From IMG/VR virus record IMGVR_UViG_3300047323_000678: a stretch of DNA of 64,000 nt. One strand, given 5' to 3'. Made by a program: the position numbers and the translations under genes. Under the pieces are notes generated by a model. That model was not told the origin of the DNA. It saw nothing but the letters and a program-made list of their open reading frames with translations, and did no database searches. The stretch is from a virus. Its lineage: Duplodnaviria; Heunggongvirae; Uroviricota; Caudoviricetes. Shown one piece after another: positions 1-6,694 of this stretch; the stretch's first letter is position 1, and each line of letters opens with the position of its first letter.

Positions 1-201
1 GTTAACATTCAATATGACTCAGAAGGTAAAATGGTGGTTACATCACCTAATGCTGAAGTCAAATATCAATCAGAGATGCCAACACAAGCTAATCAAGTAG
101 TTCCTGTAGAAGACCATAAAACAGGCGAAATTTTTTTAGCTTTTATTTTTGGATGTTTTGTAGGTTGGATTATAATGAAAATTTTTTCACCAATTAAATA
201 G
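1..201 (+). CDS. 3' part of a membrane-anchored hypothetical protein
   Basis: Frame 1 is open from base 1 to TAG at 199-201; hydrophobic stretch IFLAFIFGCFVGWIIM near the C-terminus; followed by a terminator. Confidence 0.6.
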   Translation, partial: VNIQYDSEGKMVVTSPNAEVKYQSEMPTQANQVVPVEDHKTGEIFLAFIFGCFVGWIIMKIFSPIK

Positions 202-223
202 AAAAGGGGCTGATGCCCCTTTT
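202..223 (+). terminator. Intrinsic terminator AAAAGGGGC-TGAT-GCCCCTTTT
   Basis: Perfect GC stem plus T-run; near-identical copy at about 555-581. Confidence 0.75.
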
Positions 224-297
224 GTTTATTTATATCAATACAATCATTAAATAAGTACCTATAATTAAAATAAAGTTTACTGAAAGAAAGTATTGAT

Positions 298-555
298 ATG
301 AAAAAATTATTTTTTATTAATTCATTTATCCTTATTGTATTTATCTTTAGTGCAGAAATAAACGAATATCTTACTAATTATTATTATCAATTACATAATT
401 ATTTTTACAATTATTATTTCCATCTATATAATTACTTCTATAATTGGTCTATATTAAAACTTTTACTTACTTTTTTAGTAGTGATAATAGTAGTTGGGTT
501 TTCCACTGGAATTATTAGTAATATATATAAATTAAAAATAATCAATAAAAAATAA
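298..555 (+). CDS. Small membrane protein with an internal Tyr/Asn-rich repeat
   Basis: Two hydrophobic segments; YYYQLHNYFYN / YYFHLYNYFYN repeat; flanked by terminators. Confidence 0.5.
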   Translation: MKKLFFINSFILIVFIFSAEINEYLTNYYYQLHNYFYNYYFHLYNYFYNWSILKLLLTFLVVIIVVGFSTGIISNIYKLKIINKK

Positions 556-581
556 AAAGGGGCTACTGCCCCTTTAGTTTT

Positions 582-995
582 TTAATTTTTTGCAATTTGT
601 TGAACTTCAACAATCAATGCATCAAATTTCTCTCTTGTAATTAGTTCTTTAAATGGTTCATAAAGAAGATTGCTATAATATTGATTAGGATAGTTACTGG
701 TAAAAAAACTTAGAGCAGTGAGATAGCCTACAGTATGCTCTATAAATCCTCTTGATAATGGCTTGCCTCTAACAATATTATAAAGAATATGATGTTCAGG
801 ATGTAAAAATCCTTTAACTTTTACTTTATGAATTTTAGATTCATATTTTCTAGTATTAGGATTATAAACTTTAATTTCTTCTTCTTTATAAATTGGCTTT
901 CTTCTCTTATCATTGCTAGCAGTCTTCCACATAGCAATAAATTCTTGTTTAGTAATAGTTTGTATCTGTTTAATTTCATTGTTAATAGTTTCCAT
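582..995 (-). CDS. Hypothetical protein (HHILYNIVRGKPLSRGF motif), last gene of the Pth-like operon
   Basis: 137-aa ORF, strong SD TAAGGAG at 1002-1008, preceded by a hairpin and a minigene leader. Confidence 0.8.
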   Translation of the reverse strand: METINNEIKQIQTITKQEFIAMWKTASNDKRRKPIYKEEEIKVYNPNTRKYESKIHKVKVKGFLHPEHHILYNIVRGKPLSRGFIEHTVGYLTALSFFTSNYPNQYYSNLLYEPFKELITREKFDALIVEVQQIAKN

Positions 996-1005
996 AATAA
1001 TCTCC

Positions 1006-1064
1006 TTAAGTTGTAAATGGAATTTTTTAATTTTTACTTCTATTTTTAAACATTCACTACTTAA
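1006..1064 (-). promoter_or_regulatory. mRNA hairpin overlapping the SD of the 582..995 gene
   Basis: Arms UUAAGUAGUGAAUG (1064-1051) and CAUUUACAACUUAA (1019-1006) pair at 13 of 14 positions including one G-U; the 3' arm includes the first bases of the SD. Confidence 0.6.
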
Positions 1065-1070
1065 TAAAAA

Positions 1071-1097
1071 TTATGGTGGTTTAAAGATCTACAACAT
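1071..1097 (-). other. Leader minigene ATG TTG TAG ATC TTT AAA CCA CCA TAA (ML*IFKPP*)
   Basis: SD AAGGAG at 1104-1109; same ATGTTGTAGAT start as the Pth-like gene. Confidence 0.7.
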
Positions 1098-1113
1098 ATT
1101 ATTCTCCTTGATA

Positions 1114-1278
1114 TTATTTATTTATTTTTTGATTTTTTAATGCAGCAATGTACCCTGCTTTAAAATAATCCCAAGATAACAGCCATTCATAAGTATCTCT
1201 GAAATGATCATTTTCTTTTTCCTTTGACCAAAATTCATAAATTTGTAGGTCTAAATCTTCTTCATCTATCTCAGACAT
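1114..1278 (-). CDS. Small hypothetical protein (54 aa, MSEIDEEDLD...WDYFKAGYIAALKNQKINK), not in the ORF track
   Basis: Hand translation; start overlaps the end of the upstream gene and it fills the operon gap. Confidence 0.65.
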   Translation of the reverse strand: MSEIDEEDLDLQIYEFWSKEKENDHFRDTYEWLLSWDYFKAGYIAALKNQKINK

Positions 1279-1780
1279 TTTCATTACCTGTAGCTTGATT
1301 TTCCGCTTCTTCTTTTTTCTGTCTATCTACATCATCAGAAAATTCTTTCCATAAGCGCTGTCCTTCAGCCTTACCCCACTTAACAGTGCTAGTAATTCCA
1401 AATAATTCTTCGGCATGACATCTAGAGCAAGAACTAGGAAAGCCAGTGCAATCACCACTATGAATGTCAGATAATCCATATATATAAACGGTTTTAAACC
1501 AATCATTATCTACAAAAGCTTCAATAATGTCATCATTCCATCTATTCATGTATTTATTCCATCTTTCAATCGACCTTTCTGCTTCTTTTTCTACCATTTC
1601 TTTTGTGTAAGGATAGCTTGGTTCTTTCCCTTTAGTTAATTCATAATGCTGAATAAGAAAATGTATCATTTCCCAAATATTATTTTCCATTGCATAGCGA
1701 GCTTTAGCTAATTTGATTTCACTTTCTGATGGCTCATAAGCTGGCGGATTTAAAATTTCTTGATTTTTATATTTATACAT
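1271..1780 (-). CDS. Hypothetical protein with an HxGDC-x6-C-x2-CH putative metal-binding motif
   Basis: HSGDCTGFPSSCSRCHAEELFGI; SD GGAGA before ATG at 1780. Confidence 0.75.
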   Translation of the reverse strand: MYKYKNQEILNPPAYEPSESEIKLAKARYAMENNIWEMIHFLIQHYELTKGKEPSYPYTKEMVEKEAERSIERWNKYMNRWNDDIIEAFVDNDWFKTVYIYGLSDIHSGDCTGFPSSCSRCHAEELFGITSTVKWGKAEGQRLWKEFSDDVDRQKKEEAENQATGNENV

Positions 1781-1794
1781 AATATTCTCCAAAA

Positions 1795-2388
1795 TTAGTT
1801 TTCATCTTTAAAATGTTCATTTTTATAATTAACTAGCCAATCATGTGCTAATTTAGCGTCAGCCATCCAACGCGGAACATATTGCTCATATCCACCTAAT
1901 TTTTTCCATGCTTCACTAGTATAATGAGCAGGATTAATTTCATAATTAGCCAAATAAGCAATTGCTTCATCTATGCTTTTTTCATTATTTTTGCCAAAAG
2001 CCCCACCAAACTTATTAGCAGCATGTTTTCCTAATCCTGGAATGGTATCAATTCCAAGCAAATATTCAGCATGGCACTTAGAGCAAGAACATGCAACACA
2101 AGTGCAATCTCCAACATGATTCCCTTGTAATTCAGTAATATAATGCTCTAACAATTGATCACATCTTTTATCAATATCTGATTTTTCATCAGTACAATAA
2201 TATTCAGGATCGGCCGATTTTCTAGCAGATTCCAAGTCAAAATGTTTTCCTTCTTGCAAATTAAAATGAATATCAAAAAGTAATTCTTCCATCTGTTCTA
2301 ATTTAATTTTTAACCACATTTCTTTTTTATTATGTTCATCCAAATCTACAGTGGTATAAAGCGGATTTTTGTGATAATTAATTTTCAT
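1795..2388 (-). CDS. Hypothetical protein sharing the motif of the adjacent gene
   Basis: HVGDCTCVACSCSKCHAEYLLGI. Confidence 0.8.
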   Translation of the reverse strand: MKINYHKNPLYTTVDLDEHNKKEMWLKIKLEQMEELLFDIHFNLQEGKHFDLESARKSADPEYYCTDEKSDIDKRCDQLLEHYITELQGNHVGDCTCVACSCSKCHAEYLLGIDTIPGLGKHAANKFGGAFGKNNEKSIDEAIAYLANYEINPAHYTSEAWKKLGGYEQYVPRWMADAKLAHDWLVNYKNEHFKDEN

Positions 2389-2399
2389 TTTATTCTTCC

Positions 2400-2771
2400 T
2401 TAATTATATTGTTCGTTTTTCTTTTCTGCTTCAAAAATTTCTTCCCAAGTAAAAGTATGATAAACACAATTCCAATGTTCTTCTGCTTCCCAAGAAAGGT
2501 GAATTCCTTCATGACTTACTCTTGCTTCATCATGTTCTAAATGATTTCCACTTCTAGAATATGGTGCAATGTTTTGTTCTTCAGATAATTGTTGTGCAAT
2601 TTCTTTATACTTATCAGTTATTTTTCTTAAATTTTCTTTATGCCATGAGGTTTCATTATAATAATCGCGGTCAGCTTTAGTCTTGATTTCTGAACGCTTA
2701 TTTTTTGCTTTTGAAATTTCTGTAATAGATTGCTGAATATTAGTTTTGATATCTTCAATTTTGTCATTCAT
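2400..2771 (-). CDS. Hypothetical protein
   Basis: 123-aa ORF with SD GGGAGA, within the operon. Confidence 0.75.
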   Translation of the reverse strand: MNDKIEDIKTNIQQSITEISKAKNKRSEIKTKADRDYYNETSWHKENLRKITDKYKEIAQQLSEEQNIAPYSRSGNHLEHDEARVSHEGIHLSWEAEEHWNCVYHTFTWEEIFEAEKKNEQYN

Positions 2772-2787
2772 TTTATTCTCCCAATAA

Positions 2788-3237
2788 TTAATTATATTTA
2801 GCCATTAAGCGTGCAAGTTCAGCTTTTTCTGCATCTTCTTGACGCTGTTTTTCACGAAGTCGAAATGCTTCCTGATCTTGTAATTTACGCTCAGCAATTT
2901 CCTTATCTTTCTTTTCTTTTTCAGCTTTTAATTTTGCATAAATTTCAGTAGCTAATGTTTCAATGTCAGAAGCATGCGAAATTAATTTATCTTGATCTTC
3001 ATTGCTTAATGAATCATGTAAATCATTTGCATTATGTCCATTAATAAGAAGAGTGATTTCGGCATCAGAATTAGTAAACATAGAATAGCCATAATGCTGA
3101 ACAAGATCATTTCTCTCCATATCACTAAAGTGTCGAATTTCAAGATTGGAATCTTGTCCAGTATGGTAATCACCACAACGGTCATGCCAACCTTGTTCGC
3201 CAGGAGTATAAACAATAAGGGTATAAAGTGTTTTCAT
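2788..3237 (-). CDS. Hypothetical protein with a C-terminal coiled coil
   Basis: ATG at 3237 overlaps the TAA of the Pth-like gene (TAATG); SD CAGGAG; ends ELARLMAKYN. Confidence 0.75.
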   Translation of the reverse strand: MKTLYTLIVYTPGEQGWHDRCGDYHTGQDSNLEIRHFSDMERNDLVQHYGYSMFTNSDAEITLLINGHNANDLHDSLSNEDQDKLISHASDIETLATEIYAKLKAEKEKKDKEIAERKLQDQEAFRLREKQRQEDAEKAELARLMAKYN

Positions 3238-3575
3238 TATTTGTTCTCCTGTTTTGGATGCCAAAGCTTGAAATTTTTAAAAAGATGGCGATGCTTTTCA
3301 GTAATAGGCTTAGTAGCGAATGCAGTTAAACCTGTATTCTTATAAGGCTCAAAAAATGGATAGCAATCAATTTGCGGACGAAATTCTGCCAGCAAAGATT
3401 CTAATTCTTCTTTGTTTTTAGTACCGAAAATAATAATGGAATTTGCTTCGCTAGATGCTGAGTTTGCTAACCCAGATTCATGAGCGGCATGAGAAGCTTG
3501 AACAAGCTGCTGAGGGATTGAAATATCTTGACGGACGAAGATATAGACATATTTTTTTTCAGCAATCTACAACAT
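3237..3575 (-). CDS. Peptidyl-tRNA hydrolase, Pth2-like, with an in-frame TAG at codon 3 (putative readthrough)
   Basis: ML*IAEKKYVYIFVRQDISIPQQLVQASHAAHESG...FFEPYKNTGLTAFATKPI...FKLWHPKQENK; Pth2-type xVRxD, QxxHA and LTA motifs; SD TAGGAG; no in-frame ATG or GTG after the TAG. Confidence 0.8.
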
Positions 3576-3610
3576 AATATTTCTCCTAATAAAGTTAAGT
3601 AAGTGAAGCT

Positions 3611-3640
3611 ATTGTAGACTTAAACAATCTTTTATGTCAA
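3611..3640 (-). promoter_or_regulatory. sigma70-type promoter TTGACA-N18-TACAAT for the Pth-like operon
   Basis: Consensus -35 at 3640-3635 and -10 at 3616-3611. Confidence 0.6.
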
Positions 3641-3663
3641 GCACAATTTTAAAAATATTTAAA

Positions 3664-4377
3664 TTAAATTTTAAGTCGTTTTTTAGAGCGATTAGGTTCT
3701 TTTTCTTCATTAATTGATAAATTTGTGACTAGATCATTTTTCAATAAATTATTGTCCAAAAATGGTTTTGAATCCTGTGTTAACTTTACTCTTATATGAT
3801 GTGGATTAAATCCTACATCTTTAAGGAAATAATATTGCGGATTAATTTTAAAATTCAAATGCTCTTGAGACAAAAAGAACTTAACTACAGGATCATTAGA
3901 AGATTTGGCAGCTAAATCAAATTCATTAAGCATGGCTTCATTACCTATCGTTTCACAAATATGAGGATATGAAGTCAAAAGAATAATATTATCTATATGC
4001 CCAAATTTACAAGATAAAGAAAATCCGCGTTTGTAAGGTGGATTAAATTTAATAGCTGTAGCATGATGAATTAAAACTTTTAAACTTTTAAATAAATTGT
4101 TTTTACAAGCATGAAGAAAAAAATCATTTAATTGTGAATACGGATTAGGTTTAATATTTTCATATGGCATCAAATAATCAACAATTTCATGGTGATCATT
4201 ATTTAATGCTTGCATGAGTCCGTTATAACCATATTCATGCAAATTTACATTATGTTTGAGGCTTTTGTCATGCATAAAATATTTTACAAAATCTAACCTC
4301 CCCCTTATACAAGCTTCAATAAATATATCTTCAACCTCTCCTTGGGAGTAATCATCTTCATTTATAATATTTTTCAT
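3664..4377 (-). CDS. Ankyrin-repeat-like protein with the C-terminal basic tag
   Basis: FIEACIRGRLDFVKYF, ALNNDHHEIVDYL, SCKFGHIDNI repeats; ends SKKRLKI. Confidence 0.7.
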   Translation of the reverse strand: MKNIINEDDYSQGEVEDIFIEACIRGRLDFVKYFMHDKSLKHNVNLHEYGYNGLMQALNNDHHEIVDYLMPYENIKPNPYSQLNDFFLHACKNNLFKSLKVLIHHATAIKFNPPYKRGFSLSCKFGHIDNIILLTSYPHICETIGNEAMLNEFDLAAKSSNDPVVKFFLSQEHLNFKINPQYYFLKDVGFNPHHIRVKLTQDSKPFLDNNLLKNDLVTNLSINEEKEPNRSKKRLKI

Positions 4378-4561
4378 ACTTAGATGTAATAATAGTTGTC
4401 TATATTCATTTTATTTAATTTTAAGTAGAAATCCAAATTTATATATATTTTTAAATGTATTTTATGGCTGAACACAGTAGAAAAATATATAAAACATTTT
4501 AAAAAATCACGCTATAATCATTACATAAATCAGGAACACATATATTAAAGTGTTTTAAAAC

Positions 4562-4657
4562 TGTCGGGAATTTTTACAGTAGTTAAGAAGTGAAAACCGA
4601 CAGTATATGTAAGTCATTGATTGGATTGGTTTTCTTGTGGTTGGCACGAATTTTGCT
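4562..4657 (+). promoter_or_regulatory. Enhancer (TGT-N11-ACA), IHF site and sigma54 promoter
   Basis: TGTCGGGAATTTTTACA 4562-4578; TAAGTCATTGATT 4610-4622; TTGGCACGAATTTTGCT 4641-4657 (GG-N10-GC). Confidence 0.8.
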
Positions 4658-4717
4658 ACATATCTAGTGTTTCGTAAAATTTAAATTTTCTTCTTAATCC
4701 AAAACTTGGAGGTTCTA

Positions 4718-5398
4718 ATGGTTACTAAATTCAAAACTCTGCTGGCTACTGCAATGATCGCTTTCTCCTTCTCGGCTCAAGCGGGTATTATTTTGACCCA
4801 AGGTACTGCGGTTACTGATCCTTCGCATACTGAAAACTTTGAAAGTGGTACTGCGGGTAATAACATCACTGACCAATTTTCTGCCAATGGTCTGACTTTC
4901 AAAACTTTGGGCGATGCAGGTATTGCTTTGGTTGGTAGCAATGTCTGCCCCAATACCAATGGGGTATCAGGTAAATATCTTGCAATGGGTATGCGGTACC
5001 CATGCACTCAAAATACTGCACTGAATGCAGTTTCGATGATGTTTGATGGTGATGTTGAAGCACTGTCTTGGACTGGTTTCAGCCGCACTATTGGTAATGG
5101 CTTTAAAGTTGAGTTTTGGAAAGATGGTCAAATGCTTGATAGTAATAGCACCTTTTATGACAGCTTCAATAAGTTTGAAAACAAAACTGTCCTCGTAAGT
5201 GGTGGGGTTTTCGATGAAATCCGTTTTATCGAAGCGAGTGGTTTCCAAGGTTTCTTTACTATTGACAACATGGCATGGAAAATGGCTCCTGTTGTAGTTG
5301 AACCGCCTGTTTCGGATGTTCCTGAGCCTAGCATTGCTCTGCTGTTCGGTGCAGGTATGATTGGTATGGGCTTCATGCGCAAGAAAAAGGCAGTTTAA
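4718..5398 (+). CDS. PEP-CTERM sorting-domain protein
   Basis: Signal peptide ending AQA; C-terminal VPEPSIALLFGAGMIGMGFMRKKK. Confidence 0.92.
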   Translation: MVTKFKTLLATAMIAFSFSAQAGIILTQGTAVTDPSHTENFESGTAGNNITDQFSANGLTFKTLGDAGIALVGSNVCPNTNGVSGKYLAMGMRYPCTQNTALNAVSMMFDGDVEALSWTGFSRTIGNGFKVEFWKDGQMLDSNSTFYDSFNKFENKTVLVSGGVFDEIRFIEASGFQGFFTIDNMAWKMAPVVVEPPVSDVPEPSIALLFGAGMIGMGFMRKKKAV

Positions 5399-5488
5399 AT
5401 TGGCAATAATCTGAGAAAACCTAGCCAAGAGGCTAGGTTTTTTTGTATTTAAAATTTGGAAAAATGATTTTCTACCGAAAATTTTAAT

Positions 5489-5583
5489 TGTCGATATTCT
5501 TTACATCAACAATGTAAATATAGAAATAGAATATATAAGTGATTGATTTCATTATAAATACTGTACTTGGCACAGTATTTGCT
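5489..5583 (+). promoter_or_regulatory. Second enhancer, IHF site and sigma54 promoter
   Basis: TGTCGATATTCTTTACA 5489-5505; TAAGTGATTGATT 5536-5548; TTGGCACAGTATTTGCT 5567-5583. Confidence 0.8.
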
Positions 5584-5638
5584 CTATAATAAATACAATT
5601 TAAAGTAGTTTCTATCAATGTTCAAAAGAGGGGATTCC

Positions 5639-6322
5639 ATGATGACTAAATTTAAAGCACTGATTAGTGCAGCATTGTTTGCTGTTTCTTTCTCGGCTCA
5701 AGCCAATATTATTCTTAATGGTGATAAAGGACTAACCAATACCAATCATTTTGAAAATTTTGATAATGGTTCTGTAGGAAATAATGTATCAGAACAATTT
5801 GCAAGTAATGGAATTAATTTTGATACTTGGGGCAAATCGGGTATTACTTTGACTACCAATAGTGTCTGCAACAATGCTGATGGTGGCATGTCAAATCAAT
5901 ACCTCATGATGGGTATGGCTTATCCATGTGCTAAAGACAATAAAAAAGTCAGTATGGTGTCACTGATGTTTTCAGAAAATGTTTCGGAACTGTCTTGGTT
6001 AGGCTTTAATCGTGCGATTGGCAAAGGTTTTACTATTCAGGCTCTTTATGATGGCATGATTGTTTCAGAGCTTGATTTTGATAATAAAAATCAATTTGAA
6101 AACAAGTATGTAAACATCTCAGGTGATATTTTCAACGAACTACGCTTCATTGAAAACGGCAACTGGACTGGTTCGTTTGGTATTGATAACATGGCTTGGA
6201 ATGTAACTACAGCAGTTCCAAGTGGTGAAGTTCCATTGCCTGGCTCTGTAGCCTTGATGGGCATTGGTATGCTTGGATTAGGTTTCATGCGTAAAAGGTC
6301 TAATCAGGTTAATCGTAACTGA
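5639..6322 (+). CDS. PEP-CTERM (VPLP variant) protein, paralog of the upstream gene
   Basis: Signal peptide; C-terminal VPLPGSVALMGIGMLGLGFMRKR; shared QFxxNG, FENK and IDNMAW blocks. Confidence 0.9.
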   Translation: MMTKFKALISAALFAVSFSAQANIILNGDKGLTNTNHFENFDNGSVGNNVSEQFASNGINFDTWGKSGITLTTNSVCNNADGGMSNQYLMMGMAYPCAKDNKKVSMVSLMFSENVSELSWLGFNRAIGKGFTIQALYDGMIVSELDFDNKNQFENKYVNISGDIFNELRFIENGNWTGSFGIDNMAWNVTTAVPSGEVPLPGSVALMGIGMLGLGFMRKRSNQVNRN

Positions 6323-6413
6323 ATCAAGAAAACCTAGTCTTTTGGCTAGGTTTTTTTATTTGTAGAAAACAAAAAAGCACCCTAAGGTGCTTAGTAAATT
6401 TTAGAGTAGACAA

Positions 6414-6611
6414 TCATCCATCAGAGTTATTGTAAGCTTCCTCATATTCACCTTGTTGGAATGATTCATTTTGAAATTGATTAACCATATCAACAGCTTC
6501 TTGTTCAGTTTTGCCTGATGCAATCAATGCTTTGACAAATTCTGTGCCAAGATATTTTAAAATTTTAGTATCGGAGTCCCAATAGGTCTTAAAACGGAAA
6601 TCATATAACAT
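6414..6611 (-). CDS. Small hypothetical protein
   Basis: 65-aa ORF with SD AGGAG. Confidence 0.6.
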   Translation of the reverse strand: MLYDFRFKTYWDSDTKILKYLGTEFVKALIASGKTEQEAVDMVNQFQNESFQQGEYEEAYNNSDG

Positions 6612-6694
6612 GATGAAACTCCTATAGATTAATTAAAGAAGTATATCATAAAAAAATCCCTCCGAAGAGGGAATTTAAAAGAACTATAAAATAA

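Noticed and set aside
1114-1278. Possible frameshift in the A-rich run near 1211-1222
   Set aside because: Careful counting gives one continuous 54-codon frame
3006-3345. ORF-track entries 3034..3345 (+) and 3006..3215 (-)
   Set aside because: Shadow ORFs of the Pth-like gene and its downstream gene, with no SD or protein-like features
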